This document shows, piece after piece, positions 1 through 10,655 of a DNA stretch of 64,000 bases. The notes beneath the pieces were generated by a model. It did no database searches. It saw only the letters and a program-made list of their open reading frames with translations, and had not been told where the DNA came from. The stretch spans positions 11,810-75,809 of the forward strand of contig JAYKIG010000038.1 of assembly GCA_035286045.1 (NCBI GenBank), written 5' to 3'. Position 1 is the first letter of the stretch, and every line of letters starts with the position of its first letter. A program made the position numbers and the translations under genes. This stretch comes from Cyanobacteriota bacterium. Its GTDB lineage: Bacteria; Cyanobacteriota; Cyanobacteriia; PCC-6307; Cyanobiaceae.

Positions 1-1632
1 CGGCGCCATCCCCACCAGGGAGGGGGCGATGGTTTCCTGAAGGCCGGCGTCGCAGAGGGTCCTGCGCAGGCGACGTTCCACCTGCTGGGCCGGTGCCAGT
101 CCGCCTGGGAGGAGGGGATCGGGCAGGTGGGACGCAAAACAGTCGTAGCCCACCAGCCGGGCAACCTCCTCAATGAGATCCACCTCCCGGGTGAGATCGA
201 GGGCCCTGGAGGGAGGAACCTCCACAAGCCAACCCCCTTCCTGGGGTTCGAGCCGACATCCCAGCGCCTCCAGGGTGCGTTCCACCGTGGCATCGTCTAG
301 GTCGACGGGTTCGTTGTCTTCGATCACCGGTCCCAGCAGATTGTGGAGGTGGTCGCGCTCCAGTGGCACAGGTGGCCTGGGGGGGCTCTCCCGTTGCAGC
401 ACCCAGCGCCCAACAGCCTTGGCCCCTGCCAGATCCTGGAGGAGGGCCACCGCCCGATCCGAGGCATGGAGCGTGCTTTCCAGGGGCAGGCCCTTCTCAA
501 AGCGGGCACTGGCTTCCGTGCGCAAGCCCACGCTGCGGGCCGAGCGCCGCACCCGCTGGGAAGGAAACACGGCAGCTTCAAGCCAGATGGCACGGGTGCT
601 GTTCTTCACCGCCGTATCCGCCCCACCCATCACCCCTGCCAGGGCGATGGGTCTGTCGCCATAGGTGACCACCAGGGCCTCGCTCTCCAGGGAGCGCTCC
701 TCCCCATCGAGGGAAACGAAGGGTTCTCCAGGGTGCGCCTGGCGAAGCCCCAGAAAGCTGGGGTCAGCTGTTCCACCGCTGCCCCCGACAAGGGCGTCAC
801 GATCGAAGGCATGGAGGGGCTGGCCGGTTTCCAGCATCACCAGATTGGTGATGTCCACCACGTTGTTGATGGGACGCAAGCCGGCCCGTTCCAGCCGCCG
901 CTGGAGCCATGGCGGGGAGGGTCCCACCTCCACCTCCTCCAGGGCGGTCATGCTGAAGATCCCCCCCTCTTCCATCAGGGATCGGTCAGCAACAGCCACC
1001 GTCAGAGGTTGGGCAGGGGGTGACGCAGGCACCGGCGGAAAGGCCGCTTTGCCACCGCATAGGGCGGCCACCTCACGGGCCATCCCTTCCATGGACAGCC
1101 CATCGGGTCGGTTGGCCGTGATCGCCAACTCCAGCACCTGATCGTCTAGGCCCAGAAGGGGGCCCACGGGGGTTCCAACCGGTGGTATGACCTCGAGCTG
1201 ATCCTCCAGGACCACGATCCCCGCAGACGACTCCGCCAGGCCAAGCTCCTGCTCGGAACAGATCATGCCGCTGCTCGCCACCCCCCTGATCTGGGCAGGC
1301 TTGATCGTGAGGTTGACCGCAGGAAGGTGGCTGCCCACCAGGGCCACGGGCACATGGATGCCGGCACGCACGTTTGGGGCACCGCACACGATCTGCAGTG
1401 GTGCTGCTGCGGCATCCGTGCGCACCTGACACACGCTGAGACGATCAGAACCGGGGTGAGCCTCACGGGCCTCAACATGGCCCACCACCACTCCTGCGGC
1501 ACGGGCGGCCAGATCCTCGATGGCCTCCACCTCAAAACCGGCCAGAGACAACCTCTCCGCAAGAGGCTGGGCCTCCAACGCCTCGGGGTTGCAGATCAGG
1601 AGCTCCTTCAACCATTGGAGCGAGACCCGCAT
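1..1632 (-). CDS. pheT: phenylalanine--tRNA ligase beta subunit (3' part runs off window)
   Basis: Not in the ORF track because it is truncated. Read by hand from CAT at 1630-1632: MRVSLQWLKELL...LSLAGFEVEAIED...IVCGAPNV...IKPAQIRGVASSGMICSEQELG...LELAITANRPDGLSMEGMARE, all PheT motifs. Confidence 0.96.
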   Translation of the reverse strand, partial: MRVSLQWLKELLICNPEALEAQPLAERLSLAGFEVEAIEDLAARAAGVVVGHVEAREAHPGSDRLSVCQVRTDAAAAPLQIVCGAPNVRAGIHVPVALVGSHLPAVNLTIKPAQIRGVASSGMICSEQELGLAESSAGIVVLEDQLEVIPPVGTPVGPLLGLDDQVLELAITANRPDGLSMEGMAREVAALCGGKAAFPPVPASPPAQPLTVAVADRSLMEEGGIFSMTALEEVEVGPSPPWLQRRLERAGLRPINNVVDITNLVMLETGQPLHAFDRDALVGGSGGTADPSFLGLRQAHPGEPFVSLDGEERSLESEALVVTYGDRPIALAGVMGGADTAVKNSTRAIWLEAAVFPSQRVRRSARSVGLRTEASARFEKGLPLESTLHASDRAVALLQDLAGAKAVGRWVLQRESPPRPPVPLERDHLHNLLGPVIEDNEPVDLDDATVERTLEALGCRLEPQEGGWLVEVPPSRALDLTREVDLIEEVARLVGYDCFASHLPDPLLPGGLAPAQQVERRLRRTLCDAGLQETIAPSLVGMAP

Positions 1633-1739
1633 CGTTGCGCTCAGCGACAGCCACCCATCCTAAGAACGCAGGGCTGGCCCCTTCCGAGGAGTAAGGTTGG
1701 CAGTTGTTACATGCTCGCTCAGCGGCGCACGTCCTTTCC

Positions 1740-1934
1740 ATGGCAAAAAACAAGGGCGTCCGGATCGTGATCACTCTTGAGTGCACCGAATGCCGGTCCA
1801 ACCCCGCCAAGCGGTCTTCTGGTGTGTCCCGGTACACCACCCAGAAGAACCGCCGCAACACCAGCGAACGGCTGGAACTGAAGAAATTCTGCCCTCACTG
1901 CAACAGCTCCACCGTGCACAAGGAGATCAAGTGA
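1740..1934 (+). CDS. rpmG: 50S ribosomal protein L33
   Basis: [18 protein letters not shown]...[25 protein letters not shown]; Zn-binding C+ form; followed by rpsR. Confidence 0.98.
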   Translation: MAKNKGVRIVITLECTECRSNPAKRSSGVSRYTTQKNRRNTSERLELKKFCPHCNSSTVHKEIK

Positions 1935-2007
1935 TCTCCCACGGTCAGGCCCTCCCAGCACGTCCGGACATTTCTTTTTCTCCCCTGCCTTTCTCCACCG
2001 TTCGACC

Positions 2008-2229
2008 ATGAGCAGCTCCTTTTTCAAAAAGCGCTTGTCACCGATCAAGCCCGGTGATCCGATTGATTACAAAGACATCGACCTGCTCAAAAAATTCATC
2101 ACCGAGCGAGGCAAGATTCTCCCCCGTCGCCTGACGGGATTGACTGCCCAGCAGCAGCGTGACCTGACGAATGCCGTCAAGCGTGCACGGATCCTGGCCC
2201 TGCTGCCATTCGTGAATCCAGAAGGCTGA
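2008..2229 (+). CDS. rpsR: 30S ribosomal protein S18
   Basis: [26 protein letters not shown]...[13 protein letters not shown]. Confidence 0.98.
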   Translation: MSSSFFKKRLSPIKPGDPIDYKDIDLLKKFITERGKILPRRLTGLTAQQQRDLTNAVKRARILALLPFVNPEG

Positions 2230-2233
2230 GGGC

Positions 2234-4339
2234 TTGTCAGGGCCTGATGAGAGCCCACCTGCCGGCCCTGTTGCGGTAGGTGATCTTGTAGGAATTCCTG
2301 GCCGATCGGGTGACTCCAGCCCCAAGATCGCCGTTGTCAAAGGACTTCAGGGTGGAAAGGCGGAGCTGAACCTGCTTCCCAAAGGCAAACGGATCACCCT
2401 CCCCCTTCGCCAACTGGAACTCCTGGTTCCCCGCCCCGAGCCTGGATCGGGCCCCTCGTCTGCGGGTGGTCCTCCTCTTGTCGTACCGAACAATGAGACT
2501 CTTTCGGCCACAACGCCGAGTCGACGGGATTTCGGATTGGCCTGGCAGATGTTGGTGGCTGAGATCACTCCCGATGGCGACCCCAAACCCCTGACCTTGC
2601 AGGCGTTCACTCACCTGGTGTGCGGCCACTCTGATCCTCTGGCCCGCTGCGCCTGCTGGCTCTGGCTACATGGGTCCCAGCTCTTGTTTCGTTGCAGACA
2701 AGGCTGGATCCACCCGCGAAAGGCAGCCGAAATCAAACGGCTCGCCCAGCAGCGCCATCGCCTTGAGCGCGCAGAACGGCAACAGACGCTCTGGGTGAAT
2801 GCGCTCAGGCAACGGCAGCAGATCGCTCCGGAGCTGTTGGATGGCAGGCAGGCCCAGGAACTGGCGACCCTGCGACGAATCGCCGCAGGGCAAGGGGGTG
2901 ATGGGCCTCTCCCGGAGGAGATGCACCATCTGCTCCAACAGGTGCGCTGCTCTCGCGAAGCGGCCGACGTGCGCCATCTCCTGGTCGATGTGGGCCTCTG
3001 GCCTCGTCACCACTTGCCGTCCCTGCAGGGAACCAGCTGGCAACAGGGCTTTTCCGACAGCCTGCAACGGGAGGCGGAACATCTGCTGAACCTGGCGGAG
3101 GGCCCCTGCAGCGGCGACGCGGAACGACGGGACCTTACCGGGCTGCACACGGTCACGATCGATGACGACGACACCGCCGACATTGACGACGGGCTCTCTT
3201 TGGAATGGCTTGGGGACGGAGTTCCCCGGATCTGGATTCATGTGGCTGATCCGGGCCGCCTGATCGCCCCAGGTAGCCCCCTGGATCTTGAGGCCCGCCG
3301 CCGGGGCACCAGTTTGTACCTTGCCCAGGGAACCTGGCCCATGTTTCCCCAGGTGCTGGCCACGGGACCCTTCAGCCTGCGGGCTGGCCAGCGCTGCCCC
3401 GCCTGGAGCCTCGGCATCCGTCTGGATCCTGAGGGCGGGATCACCGATCTCGCCCTTCATCGCAGCTGGGTGCGCCCGGCCTATCGGCTCTCCTACGCCG
3501 ATGCGGATGAGCTGTTGGAGCTCGCCCCCCCCCAGGAGCGCGACCTGGTGATGCTGCAGGAGTGGATGCACCGTCGCAGGATGTGGCGTGCCCAGCGGGG
3601 TGCCCTGTTTCTCGACCAGCCCGAGGGACGGATTCGGGCCGCTGCGGACACCGACAACGGCGACCGAGCCGTGCTCGACATCATTGAACCCACACCCTCC
3701 AGGCAGATGGTGGCAGAGGCCATGATCCTCGCTGGAGCGGCCATCGCCGACCACGGCCACCGTCACCAGCTGGCCCTGCCCTATCGCAGCCAGCCAGTGG
3801 CGCCAGTGCCCACCCCCCAGGAGCTCGAAGCCTTTCCGGCGGGCCCTGTGCGGCTGGCGGCTATCAAGAAGTGCCTCACCCGCGGTGTCGTGGGCACCCG
3901 TGCCCTCCCCCACTTCAGCCTGGGGCTGGAAGCCTACGTGCAAGCCACCTCGCCCATTCGCCGCTACGGGGATCTGCTGGTGCAACGGCAGCTCCAGGCC
4001 CTCCAGGCGGGGACAACTCCCATGGACGCCAGCACCCTCACGGATGCGCTGACGGCCATGGAGGGGGGTGTGAGGGAGGGACTCACCATCTCCAGGGAAG
4101 ACCAGCGGCACTGGCAACAGGTGTGGTTTGCCCAGCATCGGGGCCAGCAATGGCGCGGCCTGTTTCTCAGATGGTTACGGGAGGACCATCACCTGGCGCT
4201 GGTCCATCTGGACAGCCTGGCCATGGATCTGGCGGCCGAGTGCCAGGGCTCCCCCCAACCTGGCGACTCCGTGCTGGTGCGAGTGAGGGAGGTGGACGAA
4301 CTAAAAGATCGGCTCCGGCTGGACGCCCGCAGCCTTTAG
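2234..4339 (+). CDS. rnb: RNB-domain exoribonuclease (RNase II/R family)
   Basis: TIDDDDTADIDDGLS catalytic motif, IHVADP, HFSLGLEAYVQATSPIRRYGDL; usual position after rpsR in cyanobacteria. Confidence 0.92.
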   Translation: MSGPDESPPAGPVAVGDLVGIPGRSGDSSPKIAVVKGLQGGKAELNLLPKGKRITLPLRQLELLVPRPEPGSGPSSAGGPPLVVPNNETLSATTPSRRDFGLAWQMLVAEITPDGDPKPLTLQAFTHLVCGHSDPLARCACWLWLHGSQLLFRCRQGWIHPRKAAEIKRLAQQRHRLERAERQQTLWVNALRQRQQIAPELLDGRQAQELATLRRIAAGQGGDGPLPEEMHHLLQQVRCSREAADVRHLLVDVGLWPRHHLPSLQGTSWQQGFSDSLQREAEHLLNLAEGPCSGDAERRDLTGLHTVTIDDDDTADIDDGLSLEWLGDGVPRIWIHVADPGRLIAPGSPLDLEARRRGTSLYLAQGTWPMFPQVLATGPFSLRAGQRCPAWSLGIRLDPEGGITDLALHRSWVRPAYRLSYADADELLELAPPQERDLVMLQEWMHRRRMWRAQRGALFLDQPEGRIRAAADTDNGDRAVLDIIEPTPSRQMVAEAMILAGAAIADHGHRHQLALPYRSQPVAPVPTPQELEAFPAGPVRLAAIKKCLTRGVVGTRALPHFSLGLEAYVQATSPIRRYGDLLVQRQLQALQAGTTPMDASTLTDALTAMEGGVREGLTISREDQRHWQQVWFAQHRGQQWRGLFLRWLREDHHLALVHLDSLAMDLAAECQGSPQPGDSVLVRVREVDELKDRLRLDARSL

Positions 4340-4363
4340 GACGTTGTCTTGTTTGTTGGCTGG

Positions 4364-6238
4364 TCAGCCCAAGCGGGACACCCTCAACCATGGCCCCCAG
4401 GGATTGGCGCAACCGATCAGGGCCACAGGGCAGGGGGTGCGCTGGGCCGCAAGCCATGCGTTCAGGGCTGGCTCCAGGGTGATGAGGGGCCAGGGCTTCC
4501 CGTCTGGCCCCCTGGGGCCCTCGAGGGAAAACCCGCCCTGGCCATCGGCCAGGAGCTGGCCTTGCCACAGCCGCTCTCCCGGCTCCCGGGGGGCGCGATA
4601 GGGATCGCCAGCTTGCTGCTCCCATCGCCCCGATGGCCCGATGCGCTCCGGGGCATCCAGGAGGGCGCTCTGACGGAGGGCCCACTCGGGATGGTGCCAA
4701 GGGGTGTCCCAGAGGGGGAAGGGGCCTGCGGGGGCGAGGGAATCTTCAATGAGTGCCCGCTGCAGATCCTGCACGGGAAGTTCCGCAGGCCGCAGACCGC
4801 GATGCACACACAGAGCTGCCGCCAGCCCAGCCGCCTGGCCGATATTGAGGACAAGGGGTTGGAGCCGGGTGGCGCCATTGGCCATGTGGCTCACTCCGAT
4901 GGCCTTATCGGCCGCCAGAAGATTCCCCACCCCATGGCTCACGAGGGCACCGTAGGGAATGGTGAAGGGCGTGCCGGTCCAGCGCCCCCCCCAGCGACAG
5001 CTCTTGGGGGCCAGGGGCCAGTCATCTCCAGGATAGTGGTGATCGTTGGCATAGTTCCCCACGGCGATGGCAGTCATCCGGCCCGTGGCATCCACAGGCA
5101 AGGTGGCGATGGTCGGGCCTTCACTTTGAGGGAGGAGGTGTTGCTCGATCACGGTCTCCATTGCCAACAGCCGTCTGCCCTCTCGCCAGTAGGGCATCAA
5201 GGCGAGATCCTGGCTGCCTCTGAGCGCGCCAGTTGCAGCGTCAGCAGGGCCTGGAAACACAGTCGCCGGTGCCAACCGTCCCTGGCTGATGGTGATCAGG
5301 GCCTCTGCAAAGGCCCGGCTGTGGCCCTGCATGTCTGCGGCGAGGTCTGGATGCACATCTCCGGCGGGGGTGGCGGGATCGAAGGCCCTCGCCAGACCTT
5401 CGTGCCAGTCGTTGCCGGAGAGGGGCCAGTTGAGCATCACCACTCCCCCAGGAAGGCGGCCGTAGGTGAGAGTCCGCTGCAGACCAAAGCGAGCAGTGGC
5501 CTCCGTGAAGGGCTGCACCGGCGGGAAACGAGCCTCAACATCGGCTGACATCTGGAGCGGGCTCTCCTCCAGGAGCTGGGCCATCACCACCCAGGTGGGC
5601 GATTGCACTGGGTGGTTCTGAAAGAACGTCTGGCTCTGCAGATCCTTTTGGAGGGGGGCACTTGGTTCCCCCCAGATTTCCTGGGCTTCCCAACCCAGCC
5701 GATGGGGCACATCCCCCAGGGGATAAAGATCGCCCCGATCACTGCCGTCCACAACGATGGTCGGCTGCACATTCCAGGGCGCACCACCCCATTGCACCTC
5801 CAAACCGATGATCCGATCTCCCCGGCGCTCGACGGCCTCCAGACGGGCCTGGGGCCACCACTCCAGGAGCGGTGTCTCTTGACACCAACAGCGAAGAATC
5901 CCTTCAGCCGTGGAGGGGAGGTAGCCGAAACAACTCACCCAGTTGTGATCCAGTCCTCCGGGGGTTGCGGCGGCCAGGGCCCGAAGGAAGGCACCCCAAA
6001 GACCCGTCTGCCAGGGGGAGAGCTCATTGCCATCGGGGCAACACACACCAGCGGCGCTCACCATTCCGCCAAGCCAGGTGGAAGGGGTAAGGAGGAGGGT
6101 CCGGGCACCGCTGCGAGCTGCCTGCAGGGCTGCCGCCACCCCACCAGTTCCTCCCCCCCACACCACCACCTCCACGGTTCTCTGATTCACGGCGTCCAAG
6201 GCGCAGGGCGCGGCCGAGGGCCGCTTCAACCACAGCAT
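4364..6238 (-). CDS. FAD-dependent oxidoreductase
   Basis: N-terminal VVVWGGGTGGVAAALQAAR Rossmann motif, DGSDRGDL, SHMANGATRLQP; start uncertain. Confidence 0.85.
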   Translation of the reverse strand: MLWLKRPSAAPCALDAVNQRTVEVVVWGGGTGGVAAALQAARSGARTLLLTPSTWLGGMVSAAGVCCPDGNELSPWQTGLWGAFLRALAAATPGGLDHNWVSCFGYLPSTAEGILRCWCQETPLLEWWPQARLEAVERRGDRIIGLEVQWGGAPWNVQPTIVVDGSDRGDLYPLGDVPHRLGWEAQEIWGEPSAPLQKDLQSQTFFQNHPVQSPTWVVMAQLLEESPLQMSADVEARFPPVQPFTEATARFGLQRTLTYGRLPGGVVMLNWPLSGNDWHEGLARAFDPATPAGDVHPDLAADMQGHSRAFAEALITISQGRLAPATVFPGPADAATGALRGSQDLALMPYWREGRRLLAMETVIEQHLLPQSEGPTIATLPVDATGRMTAIAVGNYANDHHYPGDDWPLAPKSCRWGGRWTGTPFTIPYGALVSHGVGNLLAADKAIGVSHMANGATRLQPLVLNIGQAAGLAAALCVHRGLRPAELPVQDLQRALIEDSLAPAGPFPLWDTPWHHPEWALRQSALLDAPERIGPSGRWEQQAGDPYRAPREPGERLWQGQLLADGQGGFSLEGPRGPDGKPWPLITLEPALNAWLAAQRTPCPVALIGCANPWGPWLRVSRLG

Positions 6239-6350
6239 CGCCGATGGGAGAGGGGATCAGTGGCCATGGGTAAGATCCAGACCCAGGCAGGGCCGCAATG
6301 GCGAGCCGATCCGGCGAGACCAGCCGCGCCAACGAAGCCAGCCGCCCGTG

Positions 6351-7961
6351 ATGTCCTTCACCCTCACCACTCCGCTTTACTACGTCAACGACAAGCCCCA
6401 TCTCGGCAGCGCCTACACCACCCTGGCCTGCGATGCCATCGCCCGCTACCAGCGGCTGCACGGCCAGGCGGTCACCTTCGTGACGGGCACCGATGAGCAT
6501 GGCTTGAAGATTCAGCGCACGGCCGTTGCAGCAGGCTTGGCTCCCCAGGCCTTCTGTGATCGCAACAGTGCCTGTTTCAGCGAGCTCTGGCAGGCCTGGG
6601 GCATCAGTCAGGACCGGTTCATCCGCACCACCTCCGGGCTCCATCAAGAGCTGGTGGAGCAGTTCTTCTCCCGCGTGGAAGCAAAGGGCGATGTGGTGGA
6701 AGGGCGTCAGCAGGGGTGGTACTGCGTGGCCTGTGAGGAATTCAAGGATGAGGCCCCGGAGGCTGTGGAGCCGGCATGTCCCATCCACCAACGCCCCCTG
6801 GAATGGCGGGATGAGCCCAATTTGTTCTTCCGTCTCTCCCGCTACCAAGACAGGGTTGAGGAATTGGTGCGGCGGGAAGGGTTCATTGCCCCGGCCACGC
6901 GGAGGCGGGAAGTGGAAAATTTCGTCGCGCGCGGGTTGCGGGATTTCTCCATTTCCAGGATCAACCTCCCATGGGGGATTCCCGTGCCAGGCCACCCTGG
7001 TCACACCTTTTATGTGTGGTTTGACGCCCTGCTTGGCTATCTCTCCGCCCTCCTGGATCCAGCGGCTCCCGTGAGCCTCGACCAGCTGGAGGCCCGCGGC
7101 TGGCCGGCCCAGCTGCATGTCATCGGGAAGGACATCCTCCGCTTCCATGCGGTCTTCTGGCCGGCGATGTTGATGTCTGCTGATCTGCCCCTGCCGGCGA
7201 GGGTCTTTGGCCATGGGTTTCTGACCCGGGAAGGGCAGAAAATGGGCAAGTCTCTCGGCAATGTGCTCGATCCTCAGGCGCTGCTTGAGACATGTGGCAG
7301 GGATGCCGTGCGTTGGTATCTCCTGCGCGACATTCCCTTCGGAGAGGACGGGGACTTTCAGCAGAAACGCTTCAGCGACCTGGTGAACAATGATCTGGCC
7401 AACACCATCGGCAATCTGCTCAATCGCAGCGTGTCCATGTCGCGCAAATGGTTCGCGGGGGCCGTGCCACCCTCCGGAGCAGGAGCCGCGAAAGACCACC
7501 TCCTGGCTGTGGCCAGTGAGCAGGCTGCCGATCGCTTCGATGCTGCCATGGAGCAACTGGATTTCCGCTCAGCCGCAGAGGCGCTGCTCGGATTGGCCGA
7601 AACGGCCAATGGCTATCTCAATGATCAGGCTCCCTGGCTGCGCATGAAACAGCCCAACCAGGAAGAGGTGGTTGGGGCCGACCTGTATGCCGTTCTCGAG
7701 AGCTGCCGTTGGATCGGGGTGCTTCTTACGCCACTTCTTCCCGACCTGTCTTCGCGGATGTTGCAGCAACTGGCCTGCCCCACCATCCCGTGCGATGCGT
7801 TCTGGCCGGCCCACAGCGATCGGGAGGCGGCTGTGGCCGATGCGACCGCGGCCAAGGACGCCTGGCACCTGGCTCGTCAGTGGGGGAGGTTGTCTGCCTT
7901 GAGCCTGCTCCCGGAGGCTTCCCCCGTGATGCAACGATTGGAGTTGCCAGATCCCCTTTGA
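6351..7961 (+). CDS. metG: methionine--tRNA ligase
   Basis: TTPLYYVNDKPHLGSAY (HIGH-like), GTDEHG, YVWFDAL, KMGKSLGN (KMSKS-like). Confidence 0.97.
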   Translation: MSFTLTTPLYYVNDKPHLGSAYTTLACDAIARYQRLHGQAVTFVTGTDEHGLKIQRTAVAAGLAPQAFCDRNSACFSELWQAWGISQDRFIRTTSGLHQELVEQFFSRVEAKGDVVEGRQQGWYCVACEEFKDEAPEAVEPACPIHQRPLEWRDEPNLFFRLSRYQDRVEELVRREGFIAPATRRREVENFVARGLRDFSISRINLPWGIPVPGHPGHTFYVWFDALLGYLSALLDPAAPVSLDQLEARGWPAQLHVIGKDILRFHAVFWPAMLMSADLPLPARVFGHGFLTREGQKMGKSLGNVLDPQALLETCGRDAVRWYLLRDIPFGEDGDFQQKRFSDLVNNDLANTIGNLLNRSVSMSRKWFAGAVPPSGAGAAKDHLLAVASEQAADRFDAAMEQLDFRSAAEALLGLAETANGYLNDQAPWLRMKQPNQEEVVGADLYAVLESCRWIGVLLTPLLPDLSSRMLQQLACPTIPCDAFWPAHSDREAAVADATAAKDAWHLARQWGRLSALSLLPEASPVMQRLELPDPL

Positions 7962-9211
7962 AGCAGCCTCTGCACCACTCTCTGCGGCGCCATTGGCGGA
8001 AAACCCGCTGGGTTCCCCTGCTGTTGGCCGCCCTCAGCACCGGGGCCGCTCTTCAGAGTTGCGGCCGGCAGAACAGCCTCCAGCCCGAGGAAACTGCTCC
8101 CCCCTTCAGCTTCCGCGCCCTTGATCTGCAGCAGCGCAACCGTCAGGGCCTGCCGGCCTGGTCGTTGAAGAGTCCGAAAGCACGCTACGACCTACGCAGC
8201 AGCGTGGCCCGCGCCCTGCGCCCCGAGGGCGTGATCTTTGCGAAGGGAAAGCCCCTGTACAGGCTCTCGGCCACCACGGGCACCGTGATCAACGACGGAG
8301 CTGTCATGCTGCTGGAGGGAGAGATCCGGTTGCAACGCCTGGGGAAGAATCCCCTTCTGCTCAGTGCAGACCGGGTTCTCTGGATTCCCCGGGAATCCAG
8401 GATGCGCTTCGAACTGGGACCCAAGGTTCGCAACCTTCAGACCCAACTCTCCTGCCAGACGGCCACCCTGCTTCTGGAAAAAGACCTGCTTGAGCTCCGC
8501 GGTGAGCCCACGTTCCAGCGATGGAGTCAACCTGTGGCCATGAACGCCAGAACCTCCGATCTGGCGCCGGAATTTCAGGGAACGTTCATGGAGGCGGATT
8601 GGCGCCCTGCACAAGGGGATCTGAGGGCCAAGGGACCCGTGAGCATCACCCGTCAGCCGCCCTTACGTGCGGGTCACCTCGCCCCTCAGCTCCTGAAGGG
8701 CTCCCGCCTGGAGGGAAACACGGTGCAGCAGATCTACACGCTTTTTGGGCCAGCGGAGTTCCTGGATCCCGCCGAGCGCAGTTGGTTTCGGGGGGCTGAC
8801 CTTGTCTTCAACATCAAGGAATCCCAACTGACGCACCGCGCTGACTTTCAGGGACAAAAGGGGGATCTGCAGGTTCAGGGGCTGGAGTTGTTGGTGGATG
8901 GCAGGACCTCCACGGCCAGCATCGGTAGGAATTGCCAGCTCCAACAGGACGGAGACCAGTTGACAGCCCAGAGGTGCTACTGGAACTGGAAGACCCAGGG
9001 AATCAGCGCCCAGGGGCAGGTGCTCTACCGACGCCTTGCAAAGAATCAATTCACCCGTGCTGAGCGCATGGATGGCCAGCTGGGCCCAGGCGGGGGGGTG
9101 ACCGCCACCACACCCAATGGCAGGGTCTTCAGCCAATGGCGGGTTCCCCGTCAGGCAGCTGCCCCGAAGCCGGAGCGGCCTCGGCCCAAAGCCCAGCCCA
9201 TTGAGTTTTGA
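7958..9211 (+). CDS. lptC: LPS export periplasmic protein LptC (long cyanobacterial type)
   Basis: TTG start overlapping the metG stop (TTGA), N-terminal hydrophobic segment then SCG, beta-rich repeats (WSLKSPKARYDL); position after metG is typical. Confidence 0.7.
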   Translation: MKQPLHHSLRRHWRKTRWVPLLLAALSTGAALQSCGRQNSLQPEETAPPFSFRALDLQQRNRQGLPAWSLKSPKARYDLRSSVARALRPEGVIFAKGKPLYRLSATTGTVINDGAVMLLEGEIRLQRLGKNPLLLSADRVLWIPRESRMRFELGPKVRNLQTQLSCQTATLLLEKDLLELRGEPTFQRWSQPVAMNARTSDLAPEFQGTFMEADWRPAQGDLRAKGPVSITRQPPLRAGHLAPQLLKGSRLEGNTVQQIYTLFGPAEFLDPAERSWFRGADLVFNIKESQLTHRADFQGQKGDLQVQGLELLVDGRTSTASIGRNCQLQQDGDQLTAQRCYWNWKTQGISAQGQVLYRRLAKNQFTRAERMDGQLGPGGGVTATTPNGRVFSQWRVPRQAAAPKPERPRPKAQPIEF

Positions 9212-9812
9212 GCTTGCCGGCCCAGCCTTCGATCCAGTGGAGATCGGCCTGGCTGAAGCAACGGGCCGTCCAGCCTCCCACCAGCAACAGCCCCCTGTCC
9301 CCGATGGGCTGCACCACAACCGCAGGTAACCCCGGCAGCAACGTGTCAAATTCAGCCCGACCTGGGTAATGCTTCAAATCGACGAGGCTGATCGGACGCT
9401 GACGCGTCAGGGCCTGCCGGCAGATCGCATCCGGGACAAAGGTTTCCGCTCCAAGCAAGCCCCGGCGCAGGAGGATTCGGTTTCCGTCGTGCACGAGAAG
9501 AACGGCTGCAGGGGTCGCCGTGAGCACCATGGAACTGCCCCATCCCAGTTCGGTCACCACGTCCTGAGGGAGTCCCTCCGCCAGATCCCAGCCCTGTTCC
9601 CCCGAAAGGGGGGCACGCTCGGCTGCGGGAGGCTCCACCCGCTCCCAGAGGGCGGCCACCACCATCAGCACCACCGCGAGCAAACTGGCTAAGACGGAAG
9701 CTCGCTCCAAGGGGGGATCCAACCGGGGAGCGCTGAGCTGGTTGACCACCGTGAGCAGGAGGCCCCCAAGGCCGATCGCCAGAACAACGCGGGCTGGAAG
9801 AGGAAGGGACAT
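9129..9812 (-). CDS. cofactor assembly of complex C subunit B (CCB2/CCB4 family)
   Basis: Two N-terminal TM helices, ELGWGS..LTATPA, SLVDLKHYPGRAEFD, RCFSQADLHWIEGWA. Confidence 0.8.
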   Translation of the reverse strand: MSLPLPARVVLAIGLGGLLLTVVNQLSAPRLDPPLERASVLASLLAVVLMVVAALWERVEPPAAERAPLSGEQGWDLAEGLPQDVVTELGWGSSMVLTATPAAVLLVHDGNRILLRRGLLGAETFVPDAICRQALTRQRPISLVDLKHYPGRAEFDTLLPGLPAVVVQPIGDRGLLLVGGWTARCFSQADLHWIEGWAGKLKTQWAGLWAEAAPASGQLPDGEPAIG

Positions 9813-9913
9813 GGAGGTTGGCGGCTGGAAGGGACATCCAGCTGGACATCAAGAGAGCATGATCGGCGCTTGCGCGGCAGACTGGAGATTGAGGCCTTTT
9901 CCTGGAGCTTGCC

Positions 9914-10648
9914 GTGACTCCTCCATCAAACAGCGGTGCCCTTGAACGGCACGAAGCATTTCCTCGACGGGCGGCATCGGTGCTGGCCTCTGCCATCGTT
10001 TCTCTCGGGATCCTGTTGGCGTGGGTTGCCCCTGTCCTGGCGATCGGCCCTGCGGATTTCCCCCAACAACCACCCTCCTCCCATGTGCTGGATGAGGCCC
10101 ATGTGTTGTCTCGGGCCAGTGCCCAGGAGATTGAGCGGGTGCTTCAGACATTCGAGGATGAGCGGGTCGACGCCAAGGTGATCACCGTCCCCAGGCTCGA
10201 CTACGACGTAAGCCTGGAAAAACTCGGTGAGGATCTTCTGGCCCGTTGGGATGGGCCACCCTCCGCTTCGGAGGCCGCTGGCCCATCTCGTCTGCTACTG
10301 CTGATCGACTCCCAGACCCGTTCCACTGCGGTGGTCGCCTCCAAGGGTCTCAATGGACGGCTTCCGGATGAATTGCTCGCCAGCACGGCAGACACCACCA
10401 TGGCCATCCCCTTGCGCTCCGCCGATCGCTACCGCCAGGCCACCCTGGATGCCCTCAGCCGACTCAACACGGTGCTGCAAGGGGGCGAAGATCCCGGAGA
10501 GCCCGTTGTGGAAGAGGCTCCTGTTCTAGCCGGCAACATTCCCAGCAAGGAGGAGACGGAAAGCAGCCATGCCTTCACCTGGGTGATTGTCCTGCTTGTC
10601 ATCGGCACCGTTGTGCCGATGGCGACCTGGTGGGTGTTTTCACGCTGA
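9914..10648 (+). CDS. psb32: TPM-domain photosystem II repair protein Psb32
   Basis: Signal peptide, HVLDEAHVLSRAS, TVPRLDY, YRQATLDA..RL..VLQGGEDPG, C-terminal TM ending PMATWWVFSR. Confidence 0.85.
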   Translation: MTPPSNSGALERHEAFPRRAASVLASAIVSLGILLAWVAPVLAIGPADFPQQPPSSHVLDEAHVLSRASAQEIERVLQTFEDERVDAKVITVPRLDYDVSLEKLGEDLLARWDGPPSASEAAGPSRLLLLIDSQTRSTAVVASKGLNGRLPDELLASTADTTMAIPLRSADRYRQATLDALSRLNTVLQGGEDPGEPVVEEAPVLAGNIPSKEETESSHAFTWVIVLLVIGTVVPMATWWVFSR

Positions 10649-10655
10649 GCAACCG

